Origin: Mustelus asterias | Taxonomy: Eukaryota | DNA length: 64,000 nucleotides | NCBI RefSeq assembly: GCF_964213995.1 | Contig: NW_027590142.1 | Location: 62,001 to 126,000, forward strand | Direction of reading: 5' to 3' | Notes under the pieces: generated by a model | Told to the model about the DNA's origin: nothing | Database searches by the model: none | The model's input: only the letters and a program-made list of their open reading frames with translations | Made by a program: the position numbers and the translations under genes | Shown: piece by piece, positions 12,888 through 25,478 of the stretch | Layout: every line of letters begins with the position of its first letter | How positions within the stretch are numbered: position 1 is the stretch's first letter

Positions 12888-14722
12888 CATAGAGTTATAG
12901 AAGTTTACAACATGGAAACAGGCCCTTCGGTTCAACTTGTCCATGCCGCCCTTTTCTTTTAACCCGGAAGCGAGTCCCAGTTGCCCGCATTTGGCCCATA
13001 TTCCTCTATACCCATCTTACTCAATCAACAGTCCAAATGCTTTTTAAAAGACAATATTGTATCTGCCTCTACTACTACCTCTGGCAGCTTGTTCCAGACA
13101 CTCACCAACCGTTGTGTGAAAAAATTGCCACTCTGGACACTTTTGTATCTCTCCTCTCACCTTAAACCTATGCCCTCTAGTTTTAGACTTCCCTAACTTT
13201 GGAGAACGATATTGACTACCTAGCTGATCTATGCCCCTCATTATTTTATAGACCTCTATAAGATCACCCCTAAGCCTTCTACGTTCGAGAGAAAAAAGTC
13301 CCAGTCTATCCAACCTCTCCTTATAACTCAAACCATCAAGTCCCAGTAGCATCCTAGTAGATATTGTCTGCACTCTTTGTAGTTTAATAATATCTTTTCT
13401 ATAATTGGGTGACCAGAACTGTACACAGTGTTCCTACTGTGGCCTTACCAATGTTTTGTACAACTTTAAGAAGACATCCCAACTCCTGTATTGAATGCTC
13501 TGACCAATGAAACCAAGCATGCTGAATGCCTTTTTCACCACTCTGTCCACCTGTGACTCCACTTTCAAGGAGCTGTGAACATGTACCCCTCGATCTCTTT
13601 GTTTTATAACTCTCCCCAACGCCCTACCATTAACTGAGTAAGTTCTACTCTGGTTCAACCTATCAAAATGCATCACCTCACATTTATCTAAATTAAACTC
13701 CACCTGCCATTCGTCAGCCCACTGGCCCAATTGATCAAGATCCCGTTGCAATCCGAGATAACCTTCTTCACTGTCCACTATGCCACCAATCTTGGTGTCA
13801 TCTGCAAACTTACGAACCATGTCCCCTATATTCTCATCCAAATCATTAATATAAATGACAAATAACAGTGGACCCAGCACTGATCCCTGAGGCACACCGC
13901 TGGTCTCAGGCCTCCCGTTTGAAAAACAACCCTGTGCAACCACCCTCTGGCTTCTGTCATCAAGCCAATTTTGTATCCATTTAGCTACCCACCCTGGATT
14001 CCATGAGATTTAACCTCATCCAACAACCTACAATGCGGTATCTTGTTAAAGGCCTTGCTAAAGGCCATGTAGACAACACCAGCTGCACTGACCTCATCTA
14101 CCTTCTTGGTTACCCCTTCAAAAAACTCAATCAAACTTGGGAGACGTGATTTTCCACTCACAAAGCCATGCTGACTGTCCCTAATCAGTCCTTGCATCTC
14201 TAAATGCCTGTAGATCCTGTCTCTCAAAATACTTCCAACAACCTTACTCCACACAGGTGTGAGGCTCAGTGGCCTGTAGTTCCCAGGCTTTTCCCTTCAG
14301 CCTTTTTTAAACAAAGGCATAACATTTGCCACCCTCAAATCTTCAGGCACCTCACCTGTGACTATCGATGATTGAAATATCACTGCTAGGGGACACACAA
14401 TTTCCTCCCGAGCCTTCCACAATGTCCTGGGATACACTTCATCACGTCCCGGGGATTTATCTACCTTGATACGCTTTAAGACTTCCAACACCTCCTTCTC
14501 TGTAATATGTACACTCCTCAAGACAGCACTATTTATTTCCCCAAGTTTCCTAACATCCATGCTTTTCTCAACAATAAATACTGACGAGAAATATTCATTG
14601 AGGATCTCACCCATATCTTGTGGATCCGCACATCGATGACCTTGTTGATCCTTAACTGGCCCTACTTTCTCCCTTGTCACTCTTTTGCTCTTTATGTATT
14701 TGTAGAAGCTCTTTGTATTCAC
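12888..14722 (-). mobile_element. CR1-clade LINE, truncated and frameshifted RT
   Basis: SGVPQGSVLGPLLFVIYINDLD, KFADDTKIGG and LFSLERRRLRGDLIEVYK. Confidence 0.9.
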
Positions 14723-14799
14723 CAGTAGTTCACAACTTATTGAAGGGAGCAGCGGTATCTGTGGGGATTGTGTACTCGCAATGACTGGGACGCTGTGTT

Positions 14800-15625
14800 T
14801 TTGGCAAAAAAAAACTTATTCATAAAATATCTGAAAGTACATTACACAATATTTCAAAATGGCCATAACAGCAAGTGCAATAACATTCAAGTTTTCGACA
14901 ATGAAGCTGTTGCACTCTGTGTACAATTAAAGGAACATTACAGAACGTTTCAGAATAGTCTTTACAGAAAGTACATTGACGTTCAGGTTTCGTACACAGA
15001 TAATTTTGCACGTTGACGTGCTTCAACACATTCAATGAAACATTACAAAACTTTGCAAAATGGTAATTTCAGAAAGTGCAGTGATACTGAAGATTTCTGC
15101 AAAGGTATTGTTGCGCATTGAAGATGTTCAGTGGAACATAATACATATTTTAAGATCGTCAATACAGGAAGGACGTTGTCATTTAGGTTGTCTACGTTGA
15201 ACAATGTGCACGCTGAGGTGCTTCACTAGAATTGCGAGACGTGTAATATTCACTGCATTCCTTCAATGTGAGTCCTACAGCAAGAGGGGCTCAGAATGAG
15301 TTCTGCTCCCCTCAGTTCACAAGGGCCGAATGGTCTCAGTCAGCGGGTTTTCCCCATTGCGCCTTTGCAGCAACTGCCCCAAGGTTTAGTGCGTCCCTCA
15401 GCAGGTAGTCCTGCGCCCTGGAATGTGCCAGTCTGCAACACTCGCTCGAGGACAATTCTTTGCACATGGAGATCAACCAGTTTCGAGAAGGCAAAGAGTA
15501 TATTTTACCGAGTTGAAGATTTTCCAAACAGCAATTGGTGCTTGTCTCGGTTTGTGTCCCTGGGAACAGTCCGGAGAGCACAGAGTCCTTCGTCACAGAG
15601 TTGCTTAGGATGAACATATACCAAT
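14800..15625 (-). mobile_element. L1/Tx1-like LINE 3' end (ORF2 C-terminus and AT-rich 3' UTR)
   Basis: ORF 15336-15617 GLFPGTQTET...ECCRLAHSRAQDYLLRDALNLG...AQWGK resembles the Tx1-type ORF2 tail; assignment from memory. Confidence 0.6.
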
Positions 15626-15692
15626 AAAAAACTTCTCATCACCTCGGGATATAAATGGATAGTTTATCTGCTACGTTCGGGTTTGATGTCTC

Positions 15693-15985
15693 AGTGACTC
15701 ACAGCCACAGTAATACACCCCAGCGCCTGATACCGATGTGCTGTCTCCATTAGGACTGGTCAAACGTCTTGTTGAGTGAATGAAGAGTTTGAAGAGTCTG
15801 TGGTGTTTCTGCTAACAGATGAAATGACAAATTTCAGGCCACGGTCCTGTGGCATGTTGAACGAGCGGATGCTCTCAGGGCATCAGGTGATTGTATTTCA
15901 TTGGATTTCAATCGATTGTCACTCTTGTGTTAATATGTGCTGTCATTGAGAGATTTCAGACGCTCAACCGATAATTGTCCATGCA
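15693..15985 (-). pseudogene. Highly decayed V-domain relic
   Basis: Minus-strand pieces read GQLSVE, SMTAHINTRVTID*, PQDRGLKFVISSVS and GAGVYYCGCE at V-like spacing; multiple frameshifts. Confidence 0.5.
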
Positions 15986-17072
15986 AAAGAAAGTTATTAT
16001 ATTCAACACTCTCCTTCAAAAAATACTCACTTAAAATCAAAACGTGAAGCTGCAATTACACTGATTGCCGTTTCCTGGTTTCTGCATTCCCTGGATCCAG
16101 AATATTAAAGGAGAATGGCGTCAATTAAGGTTTAATGGAATACGTAATCATGTATATAACTTCCATGGTAAATACCTTGCATATCGTCACCGAGGACAAA
16201 GTAGAAATGCAACACTGATGTGCGGTTTTCGATTAGTTGCCTTGGGACAGAATTTTCATATATCCTTTTCAGTAAAAGGCAGAATTATCTCCTTTGCTCA
16301 GCCAACTCGGAGCTTCAACGTCGCAAAAGTTTAGCTCAGTTTCTCTCTCCACAGAGTCTTTACAGCAATTTTCTGTTTTTATTTCAGATCTCCCCTATTC
16401 CCGGTATTTTATCATATGTACACATAGACATCCATTATTTCATATTGGCACCGAGAACATTCCCGTCGGTTTAATGTTGCAATTCCTCCTGTTTTTCATT
16501 ATACCCAAGGAAATTACTAATAACGGCTTTTGGTGTGGAAATTAATATTTGATATTAACGCGGGAGTGTTTGAAGTCTGTCGATATGTTGGGCGTTGGAT
16601 ATACATGATTTGCACGATGTGTATTGGTTGCAAGTTGTTGATTAATCTCATTCCTTACAACAGCAACATGCATCACATTCTGGAGTACTTCCATGGAGTG
16701 GAATGTAAAATGACCACTTGGATTTTTTCAAAGTATCAAAACATTACGGTGGACCTGAGCACCAGCTGATGGCCCATTATGCGGGATATTTGTTATTGAA
16801 ACCTGTAAGGGAGAGACAAGGGAGAAATGTAGGTGGAGATATGGGAAGAAAACAAGAGGTATTGAATAATTGGAAATGGAGGCGAGACCTGGAATTAAGC
16901 AGAGCAAGAAGCGGTGATATAAATGAATGAGACAGGAATAGATTTAGAGGAAGTTATAATCAGAGAAACAGCTGCAGCAAAACAGACATATACGAACTAA
17001 AACATGGGGAATATTTGTTCCAAGTGTTATTTTCACTCCCAGATATTTGATACATTCTGTGTTTTGTTGCAG

Positions 17073-17350
17073 AAACCAATAGTGATGATTCTGTGTCCAA
17101 GGATCAATCTGAATTAAGGGTTCTCCAAGTACAGAGCATAATGTTGGATTGTAAATACTCGGACAGCGATTCTCCCTACTCTGTTCTGGTATCCGGGCGA
17201 AACTCCGAGATATTTAATGAGGATTTATAGCTCGGAGGATGTGAAACAATATTGTCTACTTTGTACAAAGGAACACTGTTCCTCAAATGTCACCAGGACG
17301 CTTCTCTCCGGTACCGCCTTATGTTTCTGGTGCAGAGATAGAGCGGATCA
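17073..17350 (+). pseudogene. Decayed TCR V pseudogene, related to the V at 8585
   Basis: Acceptor ttgcag, then TNSDDSVSKDQSELRVLQVQSIMLDCKYS, TLFWY and PGETPRYLMR; deletions and frameshifts. Confidence 0.7.
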
Positions 17351-17989
17351 CCGCACTGATAGTTCCAGTTCGCGCTCACACCGAAAAGCAGAAATAATAA
17401 GTGAGAGTAACAGAAATGTATTATAATTCCGAGCCAAGGCACTCACCAAAGTGAGTTAGTGGTTCGTCAGCTGACAGTTTGTCTCTGGTGTTATTTCCTC
17501 GTCTGTATCAATTATTGGCCAGCCCTTTCCCTTCCGTTTCTCGGTCCATTTGATCACAGTCGGTACACAGCGTGTGTGTGATCAGAATGCTTTTTTGCGA
17601 ATATTACTGAATTTCCCCACAATGCCACTGTCATATCGAGCGTAATTTTAGAGCTTTGTTGTTTCCTGACACCTTTTACGGACCAGAATCTCTGCCTTAC
17701 CATAACTAGATCAGGATTTTCTTCTGATTTGATCAACGCCAAAGGACACCTTGCCCTTATAAGGAGATTAATTATATCCCAGTTCAATGGTCTTCCATTG
17801 ACTCGCAGTCAGCTCACCAGACAGGGAATCGTGGACAAAACATGTCGCACGTTTTCTCTTAGCTCGCAAGCATGGATTGAATCACAAATTTAAACTCACT
17901 ACCGTCTTATTTCTTTTTTTCGGGGTTGGATCTTGGAGATTCTGTCACTCAGCGACTGTCCTTCGATGTTATCAGTGATCGGTGGATAT

Positions 17990-18470
17990 GTACGCCCAGG
18001 TCTCTCTGCCTGTCAATATTCCTAAGGGTTCTACCTTTCCTGTATAATTCCGACATGCATTGGACCTTCCAAAATGCATTATCTCACACTTGTCCAGATT
18101 AAACTCCATCTGCCATTTTCCCGCTCAAGTCTCGAACCGGTCTATATTTTGCTGTAGCTGTATCCTCTAACAATCCTCTTCACTCTCCGCAACTCCACCA
18201 GTTTTTGTGTGGTCTGTGAACGTACCAATCATACCAGCTACATTTTCCTCCAAATCATTTATAGGTCCCAGAACTGATCCCTGTGGATCATGGCTAGTAA
18301 GAGTTTTAACAACACCAGGTTAAAACTCTTACTGTGTTCACCCCAGTCCAACGCCGGCAACTCCACATCATGACGATCATGGCTAGTCACAGCCTTCCAG
18401 TCAGAAAATCACCCCTCTACCGCTACCCTCTGTCTTCTATGGCCAAGCCCCAGTTCTGTATCCATCTTCT
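17990..18470 (-). mobile_element. Old CR1 RT fragment with a nested short Penelope-type terminal piece (~18295-18372)
   Basis: ccttccaaaatgcatt...aaactccatctgcca CR1 motif; the insert shares ccccagtccaacgccggca with 23770. Confidence 0.6.
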
Positions 18471-19387
18471 CGCAGAGAACATAAGGCGCATGTGCAGTTC
18501 CGCCTTCGGCATCTTTTATATTAAATTAACAATTGTATTTTTATTTACATATCAATCACCTCCCGGTGGCGTGTCTGGGTCAGAATTTCAGTCACCTTCT
18601 CCATTTCTGAACAGTGTTTTTTTTCTTTTAAAATAAACGGTGGGTGTCGGGGTTGGTGGTGACGTCACCGAAACAGGACGGCCTGTCCTTCCCCGCCTCT
18701 GGCTGCTGATGTTCCGCCAAAGAGCTGCACCTAGTCCAGGGTGCGGCCAAGATGTGACACTGTGAGGAGCAGCAGCAGCTGCTGCAGGGAGTGGTCAAGT
18801 GGCCCCTGGCGCCCCGAGGGGAAACAGCAGCAAGCAGAGTCTCTACCCAATGACTTCCCCAAGTTCAGTTGTTCAGTGACACTGGGAAGCTCTTCAAATC
18901 TAATCTTTTACATCTCAGATTCATCCCTCCATCCATCACTCCTTCCCTCGATCGGTCTCTCGATTCATCCATCCGTCCATCCCTTCCTCCCTCCATCCAT
19001 CCCTACATGTGTCCCTCCATTCACACAAGAAGAACTATTCAGTCTGCACAGCAGCTTCAGTCTCATTCCCCCAGTTTGTTTTCCACCCTTTATCACTCCA
19101 ATTCTTCTCCCACATACTTCACATCATAACATTATAATTCAAATTTGATAATCTCTCCAATTTGACATTTGTTCAGGGGTACAGACAGCAGATACATTAT
19201 CAATTACACCCCAACCTGGGCTATGGTGATACATTTACACATGATCTCATTTCACAATAAAACCCACACACCGGTTTTAAGTTTGCTTCCGTTATTGCTG
19301 TTGTGCCCAGCAGGTTGATTAAAGTGAAATTGACATCAACACTTTATGGTCTCTGTCTCTCTCTGCGTTTGTGAGACTGCCCGTAAT

Positions 19388-19393
19388 AGTGTG

Positions 19394-19427
<34 letters not shown>

Positions 19428-20906
19428 CGTTCTTCTGAAAGTATATGTTTTTGGTTTTATTTTATTTATTACTGTCACATGTATTAGTATACAAAGAAAA
19501 GTATTGTTTCTTGCGCGCTATACAGAGAAAGCATACGTTTCATAGAGAACAATAAGAAGTCTCACAACGCCAGGTTCAAGTCGGACATGTTTATTTGGAA
19601 TCACGAGCTTTCGGAGCGCTGCTCCTTCATTAGGTGAGTGGAGAGGTAGGTTTTACAAACACAGCATTACACGTACATGGAGAAGGAAAGGAGCGAGTGC
19701 AGAATGTAATGATACAGTCATAGCTCGGATGTAGAGAAAGATCAATTTCATTAAAACATTGTAATAGAGTTCAAAAGAGTTAGAATATCGTTTTAAAAGC
19801 ATAGACCAAGAGTAAAAGATAGCATTAGAGAGATGATGGGCACAGCTTGCAACAAGTAGCCACGGTCCGACGCCATCTTGATTTTTTTGGTTTGTCTCTG
19901 TTTATCTGAGGGTGTGTGTCTGTGTTTGTTGTCTGAGTGTTTATGTGTATGTGTCCATGTGTGCGACTTTGCTTGTGTCTATTTGTCTGCAATCGTGTGA
20001 CTGTTTTGCCTGAGGCTGTGTGTGTGTGGATGTGTGCCTGTGTATGTTTGCTTGTCTGGTCATGTGTGTATATATGTGTGTGTGTTATGCTGAAAGTGTG
20101 TGTCTGTGAGTTTGCGAGTTTGCCTATGTTGTTTGACTGAGATCATGTGTTGTGCCCATGTTTGACTGTGTGCATGTGTTGCTGTGTGCGTGACTGTGTT
20201 TGCCTGAGTGTTTGTGTGTGTGTTTGTGCGTGTGTGTTTTTCTGTGATTGTATGTATGTCTGAGTGGTTGACTGAGACTTGTGTCTAAATGTGTGTGTTT
20301 TGTCTGAGAGTTTGTGCATATCTGTGTGCTTGCATCAGAGTGAATTTGTATGCATATGCGTGTTCGTTTGATAGGACATCTGTGTGTGGGTCTGTTTCTG
20401 TATGTTTGTCAGCGTGTGTGTGTGTGTGTGTGTGTGCATGCATGTCTGAGAGCATATGTTTTCTTTGTGTGTTTGTCTGAGTCTTTCTCTCTATATGTCT
20501 ATGTTCACGAGTTTGCTTGTGTGTGTTTGTCTGAGTGTGTGCTTATGACTGTGTGTTTGTCTGTGAGTGCATGTGTATGCCTGTGTTTTTCTGAGACTGT
20601 GTGTCTGTGTGTTTGCAAGATTTCCTGTGTCTGTTCGTCTGCGAAATGTGTGCCTGTATTTGCCTGACTGTGTGTTTGTGTGTGTGTTTGTCTGGACTTG
20701 TCTGAATGCGTGTGTGTGTTTGTGTCTGTGTGATTGGCTGTATGTGTGTGTGTGCTTGTCTGACAGCCTGTCTGTGTGTCAGAAAGAGAGAGAAAGTATG
20801 TGTGTGTCTGTGTGTCTGAGCGTGTATGTCCATGTATGTGCCTATGCGTGCGAGTTTGCCTGTATCGGTTTTTCTGAGATCCTGTGTGTGCGTGCTCGTG
20901 ACTGTT

Positions 20907-20937
<31 letters not shown>

Positions 20938-20945
20938 GTGCTCGT

Positions 20946-20976
<31 letters not shown>

Positions 20977-21128
20977 CGTGTGTGTTTTTCAGAGGTGCAT
21001 TTGGCTGTGTGTGTGTATGTGTTTGCGAGTTTGCTTGTGTCTGCTTGTTTCAGAACTTGTGTGTTTGTCTGAATGTGAGTGTGTGTATGTTTGGGTATGT
21101 GAATTGGTCTCGGATTGTGTGTGTGTGA
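19388..21128. repeat. TG-rich low-complexity/microsatellite tract, interrupted by Rex1 and Penelope tails at ~19460-19750
   Basis: Long degenerate (TG)n; the overlapping CVCV/THTH ORFs are artefacts. Confidence 0.9.
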
Positions 21129-21149
21129 ACATTTAAAATAAAAATGGAT

Positions 21150-22235
21150 AATAGAAAAGCTACAGCACAAACAGGCCCTTCGGCCCACAAGTTGCGCCAA
21201 ACATGTCCCTACCTACTAGGCTTACCTATAACCCTCTATCTTACTAACTTCCATGAACTTATCCAAAGGTATCTTAAAAGAACCTATAGAATCCGCCTCC
21301 ACCACCACTACCGGCAGCCGATTCCACGCACCCACCACCCTCTGAGTGAAAAACTTACCCCGAACATCTCCTCTGTACCTACTCCCCAGCACCCTAATCT
21401 CAAACCATCAAGTCCTGGTAGCATCCTAGTAAATCTTTTCTGCACTCTTTCTAGTTTAATAATATCCTTTCTATACTAGGTTGACAAGAACTGTAAACAG
21501 TTTTCCAAATGTGGCCTTACCAATGTCTTGTAGAACTTCAACAAGACGTCCCAACTCCTGTATTCAATGTTCTGACCGATGAAACCAAGCATGCCGAATG
21601 CCTTCTTCACCACTCGTCCACCTGAGACTCCACTTTCAAGGAGCTATGAACCTGTACCCTTAGATCTTTTTGTTCTATAACTCTCCATAACACCCTCCCA
21701 TTAAATGAGTAAGTCCTGTTCTGGTTCGATCGACGAAAATGGATCACTTCGCATTCATCTAAATAAAACTCCATCTTCCATTCACCAGCCCACTGGCCCA
21801 ATTGATTAAGATCCCATTGCAATCCTTGATAACCTTCTTCACTGTCCACTATGCCACCAATCTTGGTGTCATCTGAAAACTTACTAACCACGCCTCCTAA
21901 ATTCTCATCCAAATCATTAATATAAATGACAAATATCAGTGGACCCAGCACTCATTCCCGGAGGCACACTGCTGGCCATAGGCCTCTAGTTTGAAAGACA
22001 ACCCTCTACAACCACCCTCTGTCTTCTGTCATCAAGCCAATTTTGTATCCATTTAACAACCTCAACCTAGATCCCGTGACAGTGTTTCCAGCTTCTGCTC
22101 CAACCGAACCATGCGGGTTGTGAGGAGCTGCCCCTGGTCACACAACCCGCAAACATAGCCGCCAGGGACACTAGGAAGTTCCCTGATCTCCCACATCGAG
22201 CAGGAGAAACATATCACGGCCCTAACTGCCATCTC
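21150..22235 (-). mobile_element. Composite CR1 LINE fragments
   Basis: LGPLIFVIYINDLDE and KFSDDTKIGG; inverted twin at 53342-53875. Confidence 0.85.
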
Positions 22236-22580
22236 TGCACTTGGACACTGAAAAATAAAAGAATAAGAATCTTACTTGCTTTTGACAAAGAGGGACATTC
22301 CCAAACTCTGGGTGGCAACAGCCAGAGGGGTCGCGGGACGAGATTCTGGGGTCGGGAGCTCCGAGGCAGCGATAACTATGGAACCTCGACTGAATGTTCA
22401 TAGCTTTCCGCCACCTTTAGATTCTCGAGATTTATTTTAAACAATGGGCGTGGCCTAAATTGACGACGTTCGGGCCTGATGTCTTTCAGTTCAGCTCTGA
22501 GATCCAGTGTCCCAGAGGAGTCCAGCTCTGCAGTCTCCAGCTCCCCGTCATATAAACCATCAGGTCCGGGCAGCAGAGCG

Positions 22581-23070
22581 ATGGGCATTCTTCTTGTTTT
22601 CAGCCTGTGTGTCTATTTACCCAGTGAGTACTGATCACACTAAACTACATTGTGTGGATTGAATATAAAGCTGCCCCAGTCCATCCCAATTACAGACATT
22701 GTCTGGAGTTTTAGCCCCGTTGTGTGGTTCAGCTCTGATGGGCCTTTAAACTCTCTGTGTTTAATTTCCAGGATCTTTCAGTCAGTCAGTGGTACAGAGC
22801 CCGGCAGCGGTGACCAGAAAGGAATGTCAGTCCCTCACCATCACCTGTGTTTTCTATGGTGGATTCTACGCTCGTGCTTTGGAGAGGGCGGAATTCTTCA
22901 GGCAAACACAGGCTGGGACAGAGCGGGAGCGGATCTCCGGCGGAGGGAGATTTGTTGAGTCGGTGAATAAAGCAGAAAAGACATTTTCGTTGGAAATTCG
23001 GGATGTGAGAGTTGAAGACGCCGCCACCTATTACTGTAAAGCTCATTACAAAGGAGACGGCTGGGACAGT
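22581..23070 (+). CDS. NAR-TCR V gene, already joined to D (leader 22581-22623, V-D exon 22772-23070)
   Basis: Leader MGILLVFSLCVYLP then gtgagt; IgNAR-like V lacking CDR2 (RQTQAGTERERISGGGRFVESVNKAEKTFSL), extra FR1 Cys (RKECQS); YYCKAHYKGDGWDS is followed directly by a 12-RSS. Confidence 0.9.
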
Positions 23071-23098
23071 CACAGTGAAAAGGAGCTGAGCAAATACC
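23071..23098 (+). other. 12-RSS (D-type 3' RSS)
   Basis: CACAGTG, 12 nt spacer, GCAAATACC; near-identical to the 3' RSS of the free D at 52106-52133. Confidence 0.9.
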
Positions 23099-23408
23099 TG
23101 TGCACAATTACCTTATACATTCGCAGAGCCCAGAGAGAGAATTATGGGTTGATGTTATTAGCGCTGCAATCTGGATTAATTACATTGCACTTTCCATCAC
23201 TCACATCTTTCTTTGATATTTTTCTCAGTTAATATGAAGCGACTATCTCCTACCTGGGGATATTTACTGAGAACGCGGGGCCTCAAAAAGAACAGTTTGA
23301 ACTGACAGAGACTTCAAAACATTGAATAATATTTATTGATTTAAATCCCCCGAATAATGGGAACTTCCAAATGACTGTGATGATTTCCCGTCAAGTTGAG
23401 CAGTCGGT

Positions 23409-23499
23409 AGTTCTTGTACGGGGAGACTGAGATCGGTATCAGTGTGTACGACCTGGTATGAAGCCGATGGATCAGGGACGGTGGTGACTGTCACAGCCG
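23409..23499 (+). other. NAR-TCR J segment (23447-23499) with 22-spacer RSS (23409-23446)
   Basis: AGTTCTTGT, 22 nt spacer, CAGTGTG; J reads TTWYEADGSGTVVTVTA plus G, then a gtaagt phase-1 donor. Confidence 0.9.
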
Positions 23500-23660
23500 G
23501 TAAGTTACTCCAACCCCGCCGTGTTACAAAATGTATCGTGTAACGCTCACCGTCATTTTATTATCGTGATCTGTATCGTTTCAGTCCAATTGATACGGAT
23601 AAGGATCTGTTTACAGATCCGTTACAGATTTTGATTTGGGGGCAGGACGTGATTTGGGAG

Positions 23661-23803
23661 TCACTCATCTGAAGAAGGGGCTTGCAGCTCCGAAAGCTTG
23701 TGTGGCTTTTGCTACCAAATAAACCTGTTGGACTTTAACCTGGTGTTGTTAAACTTCTTACTGTGTTTACCCCAGTCCAACGCCGGCATCTCCACATCAT
23801 GAC
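23661..23803 (+). mobile_element. Short Penelope-type terminal repeat with a hammerhead-like core
   Basis: CTGAAGA-A-GGGGC ttgca GCTCC-GAAA; related minus-strand copies at ~11870-11946 and ~19551-19641. Confidence 0.55.
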
Positions 23804-24234
23804 GGGTGTATCTAGGCAGACATCAGTGAGTTAGGCCGAATTGCCTGTTCCTCTTCTGCAGTTTCTATACAATGTAAAACTTAGAGAAAATTCCGCCCAG
23901 AGAGAGCAGAAGAGAATCAGTTAAAGAGCAAAAAAAGAATTGAAATTGTCAGAGAGCCAGAAGAGGCAGTTCCCAGTGAGTAACTGTAAAACCACTGCAG
24001 GAACTGAACAGAATAAACCCAACTGACAACTGAGAGACTTTGGGAGAACTTTCCACAATTGCAACGAACCCAAACAGCGCAAAATAAATGTTGAAACAAA
24101 ATAAAACTGACTGTAAATATTTCCAAGTAAAGAGAAAAGGAGAAAAGATGTTCCTGATAGTTAGATAGCAGAAGAAAACCAAATAGATGAATAAACAGAG
24201 ATTCCCGGGAAGTGTTAAACAGATATAAAGGAAA

Positions 24235-24577
24235 GGGCGGCACGGTAGCACAGTGGTTAGCACTGCTGCTTCACAGCTCCAGGGTCCCGGGTTCGATTCC
24301 CGGCTCGGGTCACTGTCTGTGTGGAGTTTGCACATTCTCCTCGTGTCTGTGTGGGTTTCCTCCGGGTGCTCCGGTTTCCTCCCACAGTCCAAAGATGTGC
24401 GGGTTAGGTTGATTGGCCAGGTTGAAAAATTGCCCCTTAGAGTCCTGGGATGTGTAGATTAGAGGGATTAGTGGGTAAAATATGTGGGGGTAGGGCCTGG
24501 GTGGGATTGTGGTCGGTGCAGACTCGATGGGCCGAATGGCCTCCTTCTGCACTGTAGGGTTTCTATGATTTCTATGA
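24235..24577 (+). mobile_element. Full-length HE1-family SINE
   Basis: A box (tagcacagtgg), B box (ggttcgattcc), CR1-like 3' end and (ttctatga) tail. Confidence 0.9.
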
Positions 24578-25172
24578 CATTTGAGCACCGATGTTCAACA
24601 TCATTCCATCCCCATTGGAGCTGATGAATCACAGTCATTCCCTGTTGGATCTTGCTGTGCGCTTCGACGTAGCGCAGCTGGGTTAGTCACTTGGAACGGA
24701 TTACCTCACTGATAATAAAATGTTCCCTCGTGTCTGTCTCTTAGGAAGGGAAATAGAAAGTGAAATGTAACATACATCATTGAATCCTGGAGAGCGAAAG
24801 GGTGACATTCGGCCCCTCGAGTAGATGCAGCCCTTTATAAGTGAAATCCAGTTCTTCCCCTCAGTCATGAATTTTCCCCATAACCCTGTTTTATTCCTGT
24901 TCCGGCGCTTGACTATTCCCGTGTGTTTGTCACTGTTGATTCAGCTCCCACCATCATTCTGACATTGCATTCCAGACCGTTGGATCTTGTTGTGTAAAGA
25001 AAACCTCATTTTCCACTGGTTTACAATAATAATAACAGTGAATACAGTTCCATCAGATTTAAAGTGATAATAGCACCGAATAAAACTGAGCTACTCCCGC
25101 AATTGACACATTCCCCTGGTAAACAATGACTGAAACACAGAAGAAAACGCTGTTTCTTTTTTTATCCTCCAG

Positions 25173-25478
25173 ATTCTAGTTCCCTGGTGTCGAAAAATCC
25201 GCCTCTCCAAACCTCTGCTGCTGGTGACACGGTTGCTTTAAGCTGTGAATATTCAGGGTTCTGTCAGTACACAGTACACTGGTACAGTCAGTCCGCAGGG
25301 CAGGCTCTGAAATACCTGCTTCAGACACACACTTCAGGAGAGGAGAATAAAGAAAATGCTGCCGGGGGGAGAATTTCTGCTTCTATCGATTCTGCCGAGA
25401 AAATCAGCTGGTTAAAGATCTCCAAACTGGAACTGAGCGATTCCGCTGTGTATTACTGTGCACTGAGTCGGAGCACAG
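25173..25478 (+). CDS. Leaderless NAR-TCR supporting V-delta segment
   Basis: Acceptor tcctccag; in frame with the J donor: DSSSLVSKNPP...LSCEYSGFCQYTVHWY...DSAVYYCALSRS; extra CDR1 Cys; no leader exon seen between J and this exon. Confidence 0.9.

Noticed and set aside
18758-18764. Isolated CACTGTG heptamer
   Set aside because: No nonamer at 12 or 23 nt and no coding segment next to it
19937-21200. Long Cys/Val and Thr/His ORFs
   Set aside because: Translations of TG/CA microsatellite
21391-21398. Single ccctaa at a CR1-CR1 junction as a telomere addition
   Set aside because: Only one unit, and it is explained by a variant of the CR1 accttaa sequence
24235-24310. tRNA-like sequence
   Set aside because: It is the tRNA-derived head of an HE1 SINE, not a tRNA gene
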